A stretch of DNA of 41,796 bases. Origin: Xylographa opegraphella (lineage: Eukaryota). Shown in pieces: positions 11,985 to 23,601 of this stretch. How positions within the stretch are numbered: position 1 is the first letter of the stretch; each line of letters starts with the position of its first letter. The translations under genes were made by a program, and so were the position numbers. Below the pieces are notes generated by a model that did not search any database, was not told the DNA's origin, and worked only from the letters and a program-made list of their open reading frames with translations. The stretch spans positions 62,001 through 103,796 of the forward strand of contig JALDZX010000066.1 in assembly GCA_022813865.1 (NCBI GenBank), in the 5' to 3' direction.

Positions 11985-14010
11985 ATGTGGGGCAAGTCTC
12001 TCCTTGCTGCCTCGGTGGCTGCTTCGCTTCTTGCTTCAGCGGTGGAAGCTGGCATCATTCCTCTCCTTCCTCGAAATGACTATCCTGCTCAGCCACCGTG
12101 CATGTATCCTTACACTCCCTTCGTCTACTCCGGATGTTACGTTGACCCGTCCCTCCCAAATCGTGCATTGGACTGGTCACCTCAGTTGAACAGCCAGAAC
12201 ATGACGGTCGAGCTGTGCACTTCTTCCTGCAAGGGTACGTCTTATCAACATGATTGCTGCGAACGTCTTCCGGTTGGTACCCGATCTTGGTGCTGACTGT
12301 TCCTAGCCAATGGCTTCCGCTACGCCGGTCTGGAGTATTACGGGGAATGCTTCTGCGGCGATGCCGTCAACGGACCTGCTGCGAGTTCAGAATCAGATTG
12401 CTCATACGCTTGCACTGGTGACAGTTCGGAGATCTGCGGAGGCTTCGATTACGTTTCAATCTATCAGGATCCCACGTTCACCCCAATTGACACTCAAACT
12501 ATCGCGGATTACATACCACTGGGATGCTACTCCGAGGGTACCAATGGTCGCGCGATAGCTTTCCAACAAAATAGTTTGCCTACAAGCACGATGACAACTG
12601 AAATCTGCCTCCAAGCGTGCAAAAACGAGGGTTATCCTTTTGCGGCCACGGAATATGCTAGCCAGTAAGTGAAGCGGGCTTTGATATGCCGTACCAAACC
12701 AGAGGGCTGACTTTTGTTCAAGATGCTTCTGCGGTGTTGTTATTGGCAACGGAAGTGTTCCAGTTGACAGCAGCAAGTGCAAAATGGCTTGCAATGGAAA
12801 TGCAAACGAGATTTGTGGAGGACCTAGCTTCTTGAACCTCTACGTTGCCAATGATTTACAAGAGGCTGCACCGTGCGCAGCGACTACGCCAGCATCAACC
12901 TCGACGGTGACCTCAACTTCCATGACCACATCATCAGCCACCGTGACCTCGTTGGCCACCACAACTACGACTTCCTCAACCTCGACTACCACTTCTACAT
13001 CTACTGTTCCTTCGACGACGTCTACTGCAACTACCCCCACCACCACCTCGACTACATCAACCATCTCGACTACATCAACCACCTCGACTACATCAACCCC
13101 ACCAACTACATCAACTACATCAACCACCTCGACTACATTAATCACCTCGACAACGTCTTCTTCGATTACTTCAATGACAAGTACACCAACGGCTACAACT
13201 CTGCGAACGAGTACTACCACCACTACCACTGCTTCAAGATGCTCCGTGACGGCTCCGGCGCCGACTTGCGAGTATGGATGCGGTAGCTGGTGCTCCCAAC
13301 CCCTGCCATGGTGGAATGACCAGTCAGGTTGCCATTCCGCTGCCTCCAAATGTACCCTCCAGGTAGCCGATTGCCTTGCTTCCGCAGGTTGGCCATCAGC
13401 AATGAAGTGCTTTCAGTTTGCTTCTTGGTGCCAGCAGATTCACAGCTACGGTAGCAGCGTGTGTGCCAGTGGCTCCTGTAGCAAAAGTGACTGCTTCTCA
13501 AAGAATCCTCCCCAGGGCGGCCCCAGCACCACGGCAGGAATTTGCACTCCCACTCACACGACGTCCCACGTCGCATCCACCACAACAGCCGTTTGCCCAC
13601 CCACGGCAACCAACGTCTGCGTGCTCCCAAGCGGATCCTGGAGCTCTGGGTATTCCAACGGTCAATGCGTGGGTGGCATCGAACCACCGTACGTGACTTG
13701 CAACGACGTCCAAAGCGACTTCAACAGGAACCCTTTCAAATGCTACACGTCCAAGGAGACCTCCAACTGCCCATCCTACTCGCGCAGCCAGGTCTCCAAC
13801 GCGTGCCAAGACGCGTGCAACCACCAGTACAGCAATTGCCAGAACGTCTACGCCAACAGCTGCCGCGGCAAGGCACAAACGAACAGCCAGGATAGCTACA
13901 ACAGCGCGAACCAGAAGTGCACGAACCAGCTCAACGACTGCTTGCAGGTGAACCGGAACGTCTATGTCCCGTCGAGCCGGTGTTCCAGCTTCAACTCCGG
14001 GTGGCACTGA
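11985..14010 (+). CDS. Secreted protein with two WSC domains, a Ser/Thr-rich linker and C-terminal Cys-rich modules
   Basis: Exons 11985-12234, 12307-12664 and 12723-14010. Signal peptide MWGKSLLAASVAASLLASAVEA. WSC1: YSGCYVD...MTVELCTSSCKANGFRYAGLEYYGECFCG...CTGDSSEICGG. WSC2: LGCYSE...MTTEICLQACKNEGYPFAATEYASQCFCG...CNGNANEICGG. No C-terminal TM or GPI signal. Confidence 0.93.
13042..13158 (+). repeat. Coding minisatellite, 18-bp unit ACCACCTCGACTACATCA (TTSTTS), about 6 imperfect copies
   Basis: Units begin at 13042, 13060, 13078, 13096 (variant), 13114 (half unit), 13123 and 13141 (degenerate), inside the Ser/Thr linker of the WSC gene. Confidence 0.9.
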
Positions 14011-14609
14011 CCGATTTTCGACCATCATGCAGAGATGAGAGACTGTGGGCGAAGGGTGGTGGAAATGTAGCAATGCATCGCATAGGAAGGAGGTGGTCGG
14101 TTTGGAGGCGTTTTCAAGCGGAGGATCCACCCGGCACACACACACGACTTCTTTTAATTTTCTTCCCTCTCAACAGCGGCTTTTTACAGACCTCTTACCC
14201 TTTTGCTTTTCCCCAGCCGCTGTGTCTATGTACGCTCTTTTAATCTCTGTATATATTTAGTTTTTTGTAATGTAATCCTTCGCGCAGAGAGAAACAGCGA
14301 GAGAACGACCCCCTTCCCTCGTACCGTACCCCTGAGCTCCACAGCGCAACTTTCCGTGAACCCACTCGTCCATCTAGTCTACCCCTGCCGATACCGCCTG
14401 CGTACCTTACGGAGATACTTTCACGAACGTATTCGATCCGCTCCCCGCTTCCTTGCCCACACCCCTTGGCTCCGCACTATCCATTCCCTACCTTACGTGA
14501 GAAGGCGTGCCTTCGCAGATCGCACTGAAGAGCTCCCGCTGCTCAGCGCTATGTTCACGCTTATACTTGCAACGCGTCTTAAGCCCCCCCCTGGATTGTG
14601 TGTTTGTCT

Positions 14610-14900
14610 GGGGAGTGGGGAATGGGGAGCGGGGTTGTGATGGTGCTCGGATCGCCCTTCTATCTGTGGGGGGGGGTAGGAGGGACGGGGGCGCGGGTTT
14701 GAGTTGGTGGCTGGCTGGGTTTGAGTGGGGGGTGGGGACGGGGTGCGTGTTTGGTGCGTGCGGTGTGGTGTGTGGGCTGGGGGTGCGGAAGGGTGGGTAG
14801 GGGGTGGGTTTGGTATATGGGGAGGAAGGGGAGGGAAGGGATGGGCTGGGTGGAGAGGGGGGAGAGGGGGGAGGAGGGTGTGATGCCGCCCCTGGGATGG
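14610..14900 (+). repeat. G-rich low-complexity tract with many GGG runs (G-quadruplex-capable)
   Basis: Dense runs such as GGGGAGTGGGGAATGGGGAGCGGGG and GGGTGGGTAGGGGGTGGG between the convergent WSC and ATP3 3' ends. Confidence 0.75.
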
Positions 14901-15122
14901 GTAATTGTTGGGACGAGACGTGATGGTTGAGCTCTGATACATGGGTCTCACTCAGCATCACGTCGCCGTTGCCCAGCCCGCGGAGCGGGAAAATCACAGA
15001 AAGCCAAAGCTCGGGGACGATGGAGGGCAGTAGTGTGAGCCAGCAAAGATTGCTCAAATACTGTTCGTTCGCCATCACGAGTTGCGGGATATCTTCTTCA
15101 CATAATGTACAATTTCCTCGCT

Positions 15123-16331
15123 CTATTGGTCTTCCGACGCCGAAGCGCCCGTGATGATCTCCACCAGCTCCCCTGTGATGACGGCTTGGCGGGTGCGGTT
15201 GAACAGGATCTGGAATTTGGTGATCATGTCGCCGGCGTTCTTGGACGCGTTCTGCGTGTTCTTGCTTAGTGGAGTTCGAGGCTGATTCTTGGGGGTAGCG
15301 AGGGTGGTGACTTACATCCATAGCGTTGCGGCGCGCTGATTGTTCGCACGCGTGACCTTCTGCAAGTGCCTAGAGATATTGTAAGCAACTGTACTCAACC
15401 TGCAGTGGGCGAGCAGCAGTTTACCCAGTACAACGAGTTTGCTAGTGCGTATTCTCGGAGATTTGCGAGAAACTCGTCATCAATTTCGAAAGCAGCGAAA
15501 TTGGCTAACGACTTGTCAGCATGTGGTAGAGAAACAAGAGTTGGGTGGATTGCACGAGAATTTTTGATAGCCTCTTCCGAAAATGCCTCAATCGGTGTAG
15601 CTTCATAGCTCTGGTTATTGACAAACTTGTTGTAGATGATTTGAATATCAGAGTAATCCGTAGGCAGCAGTGCGATCTGATCAGCGATCGCTTGAGCGTC
15701 GGCGAACGTAGGCACGTCTTTGCCAATCCCCGCGAAGCTGAGCACCATGTTCCGGCCGTTTGATCGACCCAGTTGGGCTTTCGATTTCTCTCCAATCACG
15801 ACAATGTCCGCGTCCGGTTTCTGTTCGAGCATTCTTCGCGTGAATTTCGTCAGCCCTGAGTGAATGCCGCCGCAGAGTCCCTTGTCTGAGCTTGCTACGA
15901 CAATCAATGTCTTCTTTCCCTCCCCTTCCTCGGCCTTCGTCTCTGCGTTCTCAAACACCGTATTGGATGTCTGGCCATAGCTCCTCGATTCAGTCATCGC
16001 ACGCTGGGCCCTTGTGAGTTTAGTAGAGGCCACGATCTTCATGGTCTTTGTGATTTTCTCGATGTTGCGAATGGACTTCAGGCGACCTTCGATTTCACGG
16101 AGAGTGGCATAGGTCGCGGCATTGCCGATAACCGGTCTATCACCTTATAATCAGTCATCGTCCTACAGCTGAATATGCTACTTTTGCGCAAGAAGGACAA
16201 TTCAATTGCCGATACAACCAATTCTGGGATCGAAAAAAGCCGTCGGCTTGCTCAGAAATACTCAGAAATACGTACCGGGTGGCTGCGGCGGCTCCAACCC
16301 GGAGGGCCGGTCGAGCTGCTTTTGAAAGCAT
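15123..16331 (-). CDS. ATP3: Mitochondrial F1 ATP synthase gamma subunit
   Basis: Exons 16331-16276, 16136-15556, 15504-15425, 15369-15316 and 15251-15123. Presequence [17 protein letters not shown], then [58 protein letters not shown] and [19 protein letters not shown]. Confidence 0.98.
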
Positions 16332-16800
16332 CACGAAGAGGATGTTTTTACAGAAGGACTAAAGGACAGTTGATCCTTCAATTGAGGACCGGCAACGTAA
16401 GCAGAGTGGGCAAACACGAACTTGCTTGATCACTTTCCGAGAGGTTTGACAAGCATTGAGCACTACGCTAAGCGCAATCCGGACAAGCGCTCATTCACGG
16501 AGGGATCCTTAATGTTCATGCGGCTCAGCGCGAATACAGAAGGTCCTTGGGAGGCTCTTGACTGAAACACCTTTTCCGTTTTTGTGTTATTCTCTCGCTT
16601 TCATTGTCGTCTTCACCGTCTACTTGTTCGGGCTTCACTTTGTACTGAGTCACTGTCGGAGCACAGGTTCCATCACTGTATCGATGGGCTACGTTCCTTA
16701 CCTCTGACGGTCGCGTTCACTCAGAGTTCTGTCGCCCTTACAACTTCCGGGCTTCTTTCATTCATAATCCTTTCGGGCCGAGTCGATTACTCGCCTTGGC

Positions 16801-19800
16801 ATGAGTTCCTCAGACGATGATGTTCCCCTAGGCGGTGGGCGAGGATGCAATGGCGTCTCCAAAAGCAATGGTGAGTGTGCCCGTCATCCTTCGTGGTCAC
16901 TGTCATTTTATTAGTCTTCCCACTTGCGAGTTTATCCAGTTACGCGGACGGCCCGCGTTATAGATGCTTAAATCAATTCCGACTTCTCTTCTTCACACAT
17001 CATTAATTCTCTCACTTTGCTCTTCAGTCCACATCAACTCTCTTTTAATAGTATACTCTAGGTGTGACTTCCAAGTCAAACGAAAAGATCCCCAAGAGCC
17101 TTGACACCGCAATGGACAAGGCCAGTTCACCAGAAGGTGATTTAGTACATGGCATTTCTATTCGAAATGGGCCAATGGAAGAGATGGAAATTGATGGGCC
17201 TGCTAAGGACACCAAAACAAACGGGGCGTCCACGGGTAAACGAAAATCTCGGCAAAGCATGACCAATGGAAAATCGTACAAGGAAGCCAGCAGTGATGCC
17301 GAGGAAGACGACAAGCCTTTGGTATGGCTTCGAGGTCGAAATATGCTCGCTCAAGGGCTGTATCACTGACGTCTCACAGAGCAAGCGGCGCCGCACATCC
17401 GGAAAAAAGGTACAAGCCGAATCAGGGTCTGACTCAGATGATGCCCCTTTGGTCAAGAAGTCGAAGAGCAATGGTACTACTATCTTGAAAAGGCCCCCAA
17501 AGGCTACAGCGGCTGCGATTGGAGAGTCGGAAGACTCCGATACACCACTCGGTGTGAAGCTCACGAAAGAGAAAGACAAGTTTGAAAAGCGCGCAGAGAA
17601 AGAGGCCAAATCTATCAGGAAGGAAGAGAAGAAGGCCACTTCAGCTTCCTCCAAGAAAAGGGCTAAGAAGGAAGAAAGTGATGAGGAAGAGCTTCTTTCC
17701 AAGAAGAAGAGGCAATCAAATGGTGCTAATTCTGCTACCAAGAAGAAGGCGAATGGCGTGAAGAAAGAGGAATCGGACGAGGATGATAAACCGTTAGCTC
17801 GTAACGCCGGTAAGAAAGACTCCAAATCTAAGGTGAAATCCGAAGTGTCGAATACAATAAAAAAGAGCTCCAAAGGAAAGGCAAAGGTCGAGACTGAACA
17901 GGACTTGGAAGCTGAGGAAGAAGAAGAGCAATATCGATGGTGGGAGGACCCTTCGAAAGGTGATGGCACAATCAAGTGGACAACCTTGGAGCATGGCGGT
18001 GTTGTCTTTCCCCCACCATACGAACCGCTTCCCAAAAGTGTCCGGATGCGGTATGATGGAATACCAATCACGATGGCTCCAGAAGCAGAGGAGGTTGCTG
18101 TCTTCTTCGGAGGTATGCTAAATTCGACGCTCAATGTTGAAAATCCTACGTTCCAGAAAAATTTCTTCGAAGACTTTACAGCTATACTTAAGGAGACTGG
18201 AGGTGCACGTGATCGAGATGGCAAAAAAGTTAATGTCACGGAATTTGCCAAATGTGACTTCAAGCCGATATTTGAATACTACGACGCTCAAAGAGCCGAG
18301 AAGAAAGCCCTACCTGCAGCAGAGAAGAAACAGCTGAAGGCAGAAAGGGATGCAGCCGAGGCACCTTATACTCATTGTATGTGGGACGGTCGTAAGCAGA
18401 AAGTGGGTAACTTTCGTGTCGAGCCGCCTAGTCTCTTCCGTGGACGAGGAGAGCATCCAAAGACAGGACGAGTCAAAAAGCGAGTGCAGCCTGAACAGAT
18501 CACCATCAACATAGGCAAAGAAGCCCGAGTCCCCTCACCTCCTGAAGGGCATCGATGGAAAGAGATCAAGCATGATCAGGAAGGCACATGGCTCGCTATG
18601 TGGCAAGAAAACATCAATGGCGCTTACAAGTATGTCATGTTGGCAGCAAACTCGGATGTGAAAGGCCAGAGCGACCACAAGAAGTTTGAAAAGGCCCGAG
18701 AATTGAAGGTCTGTTATATTGTTACCGCATTCATAAAAATGCTGCTGACCCTAACAGAAACATATCGATATCATTCGCAAAGATTATGAGAAGGAGCTAA
18801 GGGCCGAGAAGATGGCCGATCGCCAGCGAGCCACGGCTGTCTACCTTATCGACAAGTTTGCGCTACGTGCAGGCAACGAGAAAGGCGACGACGAGGCCGA
18901 TACCGTGGGTTGTTGTTCTCTCAAATTTGAACATGTCAGCCTGAAGCCACCCAATATTGTGGTTTTTGATTTCCTCGGGAAAGATAGTATCAGGTTCTTC
19001 GACGAGGTTGCCGTTGATGCCCAAGTCTTCAAGAACCTGAAGATTTTCAAGAAAGCCCCCAAAGGCGATGGAGATGAGATATTTGATCGGTTGACGGTAT
19101 GAGCATTTTCACAATGACGAACGGGTACAAACTGACCTTCATAGACTACTGGACTCAATAAGTATCTAGCTGGTTACATGTCAGGCCTTACAGCGAAGGT
19201 TTTCCGTACATACAACGCTTCATGGACCATGGCCAATCTATTACGTGATATGAAAGCCACTGGATCTGTCGCCGAACAATTAAAGCTCTACAATGACGCA
19301 AACAGGGAAGTAGCTATCTTGTGTAACCACAAGCGCACCGTTACTGCAGGACATGGGGCGCAGATGGAGAAACTGGACGATCGCGTCAAAGGCCTCAAGT
19401 ATCAAAAATGGCGTCTGAAGCAGATGATACTTGATATCGACCCAAAGATCAAGAAGTCCAAGGGTGCAGCCTATTTCGAGCTTGACGAGGATCTGAGTCC
19501 AGAATGGATCAAGGAGCACCAGAACTTCCTGGTGGAGGAGCTACGGCAGAAGATTGAGAAGAAGTTCGCGAAAGAAAATGAGAAACTCGTCGCTGATGGA
19601 GAGCGTGAGATGAAGCAGAAGGAACTTGAGGAGCGTTTGGAGGCGACCGAGGAATTGGCCAAGAAGTTCAAGAAAGAGAACAAGTCCGGGAAGGTTGAGG
19701 CGGAGGGTAGAGGCCCGACCATTGAGAAGTTGGAGAACAACATCACGAAAGTCGAACAACGCATCGAGACCATGTCCTTCCAGGCTGCGGATAAGGAGAA

Positions 19801-20021
19801 CAATAAGGAGGTGGCTCTGGGGACTTCAAAGATCGTATGTTGCCCCTTTACACATGTGACACGTCTTGCTTACTAAGCTGAGCCAGAACTATATCGATCC
19901 GCGTCTGACGGTTGTGTTCTCGAAGAAGTTCAACGTCCCAATCGAGAAACTGTTTTCGAAGACCTTGCGGGAGAAGTTCGACTGGGCCATCAAGTCTGTG
20001 GATGAGGACTGGGAATTCTAA
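16801..20021 (+). CDS. TOP1: DNA topoisomerase I (type IB)
   Basis: Exons 16801-16870, 17062-17321, 17380-18708, 18758-19096, 19145-19834 and 19887-20021. Charged N-terminus, then [54 protein letters not shown] and ILCNH. The catalytic SKINYIDPR is formed across the last intron. Confidence 0.98.
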
Positions 20022-21344
20022 ACGAGGACCGTCCGACATCCTAACGATTCGACATTTGACCACCACACGAAGGATTTGCATTTGCTCAACAGGCAACATC
20101 CTCAAGCATCGAGCATCATTAGCAGGAGGAGAAGGGAGGGTGGAGTGGCATGGGTCTGTAAAGAACGCCTACAAGCAGGGCGTACATGGCAAGGCTTCAG
20201 TGACGACCTGAGTGGCGTATCCACGGATCAGTGACCGCCAATTACCGTGATTGGTTTGTGAATTACGCCACTGGCAACCAGTAAGAATAGCAATGAGTGA
20301 TATACTATTGATTGCATGCGTGTTGTAGTGCTTAGACGTGAATAGAAAGATCTATTAGTCCCCTTTGCCCTGGTGTTTCCGTCTCTGGTCCGTTCCTACT
20401 CGGAGGGGTAGGGGGAAATTGGCGACCAGTGTGAGCTGGGGAGCAGAGCGCTCCATGTAACGGGTGATCAGCATGGGCCGTCGCGTGTCACCCATGCTGC
20501 CGAACCGTTCACGGGATTGAGATCACACGGGAGTTGAGGGGCGCGGACCTCTACTGCCTACCTAGTACCTACATCAAGCAGGTTTCGAGGAGGAGACGTG
20601 GGCTTGATGCATGCAGCCAGCCAAGTCGTCTCCTTTCCGTCCTGCAATGCACTATGCGGCATGGCACTGGGGGCCAGTCGACGAGCAATCCAGTCCGGTA
20701 GGCTCTACGGAGTACAGAAGGAGAATAGGCCCATTGAACCAAGACTTACCTCGTCGTTTAGACTACTTTTTTTGATTTTTGAATGAGCTCTGTTGGAGGG
20801 CCATCACGATCGCATTCTTTGTGTGCCGGCTTGCCTCCCCTGCCACAGTCCCCTGTGCGTTGGCCCCCCTGGTTCGTGCCGGGAGTCGGGACGTGATGCT
20901 GAACGACAACTCACCTAACTAGGTACCTAGTCGTCCTCTAACCTCTCTAAGCTGCAGCACACCGTCCTCCGGAAAGGTGGGGAGGGGCGAAGCCACCAGC
21001 AAGAATAATGTTGATGATCGTGATGATGGTCCTGCCTCCTATCTCAATCTGTGAGTGCCGGAAACGTCAGGTACGGGGGACGGGGACGGGGGTGTTCGCA
21101 TAAATGCTAACGTTGCCTTTCCTCCCTCCGCCCACCCTCTCGTGCTTGTGTCGTGCAAGACATGCATACATTGGCTCTATGTGGAGCTGCTTGATACACT
21201 AACCGTCGACCCCATGTCTACGATGGATGCTTGAGGATGTCCTTGGTGTGACCCGGTAGATACTTAAGATCAAGGTCCTGTTGATTGTTTCGTCTCACAC
21301 TTGAGCCTTGCTCGGCCCGCCGAGTAATCAACCTTCCTTCGACC

Positions 21345-22760
21345 ATGGCAGAAGCACCAAATCCTCGTGATGGTGCGACTGCCACGCTGTCATCTCAAGA
21401 ACCCGCGAAACCTGCTGTCTTGATCATAGGAGGTTTAGGTATGTACCGGAGTCCTTTCCGAGTGAACCCACATGATGCTCAAACACATTTCGTCGACTAG
21501 GTTACATTGGCCGATACCTTGCCCTCTATATCCACAAGAACGAGCTTGCTTCCGAGGTTCGCCTGGTCGACAAAGTCCTCCCGCAGCTCGCATGGCTGGC
21601 TCCCGAATTCGCCGAAGCTTGCTCCCAAGACAAATTCATGCAGGCAGATGCTACTCGAGAACGTACGTTCACACTTGCTCTGCTGTAGCTTATCATCCAC
21701 CAGGGACAATTGCTGACCACTAACTGTCTTTTCCAGAGTCCCTCCCGAAGATCTTTACCCCGACCAAGGCTGCTGAATATACCTATGTCTTCAACTGTGG
21801 TGGAGAGACGCGCTTTTCACAGGATGACTCTGTCTACGCAGCACGCTCCGTCGCTCTCTCCCTTACCCTTGCCCGCGAATGTGCCCGCCGCCGCACTCCC
21901 GCCTTCGTCGAGTTTTCAACCGGCATGGTCTATAAACCGCCCTCCTCTTCCACCATTTCCTCCGGTGGCTGTACAGAGACTGCGAATCTCAAGCCGTGGT
22001 TGAAGCTTGCAAAGCACAAATTTGCTGCCGAAGAAGGATTGGAAAAGATCCGGAAGGAAAGCGAGAAGCAGGGTGGAAAGGAAGAGCTGAGTTATGCGGT
22101 GTTGAGGCTTGCACATGTGTGGGGAGAGTATGACAACGGCTTCCTCGCGCGATGTCTTTGTCTAGCGCGTGTCTACCAAGAAAAGGGCGAGGAGATGAAA
22201 TGGCTCTACGGCCGCGAGCTGCGGATCAATACTGTGCACGTTACTGACGTGGCATCTGCTGCCTGGGCCGCTGCCTTGTATATTGCACGGACGACTTCCA
22301 CCGCCCCTGAGCTGTCTGCACCATCTGGTCGAATCTTCAATATCGTTGATCGCGGCGACACTTCGCAGGCGCAACTCGCGACGCTGATTCACGAGATCTT
22401 CAATATCCCGACCGGGTTTCAGAACAGTCTGATCAGTACGTTTGCTAAGTTGAATCTGGAGAGGTATTTTGTCAGATTTCTTCCTAGGTATAATCCACTG
22501 ACTCTCATGCCAGCGTTGTCGACGATGTCAATGAAGAGATGTTGCAGCCGTGGGCGGACCTACTGGGTGAGAAGGGGATCAAGAGGCAAGGTCCGATCGG
22601 GCCTTATATGGAAAAGGAGCTGCTACGGGACAATGACTTATGCCTGAACGGGGAGAAGGCGGCGAAGATTCTGGGCTGGAGGGCTCAAACCGCGAAGATG
22701 GACGTTGAAGGGGTAAGGAAGGTCGTGGAAAGCTACAAGCGCCAGAATTGGTGGCCATAA
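21345..22760 (+). CDS. NAD-dependent epimerase/dehydratase family protein (atypical extended SDR)
   Basis: Exons 21345-21438, 21501-21662, 21737-22463 and 22514-22760. Rossmann motif VLIIGGLGYIGR, then FNCGGETR, VEFSTGMVY, INTVHVTDVA and IFNIVD. Confidence 0.88.
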
Positions 22761-23601
22761 GAGCAGGATTGACTACTTACCCAGTATTCTAACGGGGCTG
22801 AACTGTGGGGGTGGATGATGGATTGATGCCTTCTCGCGGGACGATTAAGCAAGACCTCGAGATGCGTTTCGATCGTATTTGTACTGATATCAATGCTTGG
22901 CACTCCGAGGCTCGCGATGTAGTTTGATCACCATGCATGAGTCTATTGAAGGAGGTGACCAATCGGGGACTGCTGCGCCCGCATATGTACCCGAACACTC
23001 TTGTAAGCACATCGGAAGTGAGACTCGTGCAGCACCAGTGGAGCGCGGCTGAGAAAGACTCGTGATGGCTACGGACGTAAATCAGTGAGCGCCGCACCGC
23101 TCTGCAGAGAAGATACCTACCTAAGGTACCTAGTCACCCTCCTACCTTAGTCTGAAGCTTTCTCGGTAAGGCTTCCGACTAGCGAGCCCTAATGACTGCG
23201 TCTGTGATGAACTATCTCTACACTAAGGTAGGTACATATTCTATGCCTCAACGACCGCGCCTTGCGTTTCTGAGTTTTACTTGAGTGTCTGCCTTGGAAT
23301 GTCCAGAAGGTCATGAGATATGATCTCGAATCAAACAGAATGTGCATTTCCTCCGATCTCATTCCCCAACAACAGTGACCCTAATTCAGCGAGTCCCCAT
23401 TCACCAGCCCGCATGTGTTGGTAGCCTTACACTGCTGGGAGGCTCTGCTCACCGTCTTATGCCTCATCCAGGTTGATATAGCTTCGCAGGCCAGTGCCGG
23501 GTGAGCATTGGGGTACCTGGCTCCCTCCTATCTGCACATGTTGAGGGCGAGGTAGGTGGGGAGCTTGCCTTGCTGTTCCCAGAAGCCGAACGCGTCTTTG
23601 G

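Noticed and set aside
14488..15321. 277-aa and 152-aa Pro-rich minus-strand ORFs
   Set aside because: The longer one starts inside ATP3, crosses an intron and overlaps its last exon in another frame. The rest of both is low-complexity translation of the C/G-rich tract with no recognisable domain.
23204..23273. C/D-box snoRNA-like arrangement (GTGATGA ... CTGA about 65 nt apart)
   Set aside because: No terminal stem and no rRNA-complementary guide that I can recognise. A snoscan or Infernal hit would be needed.
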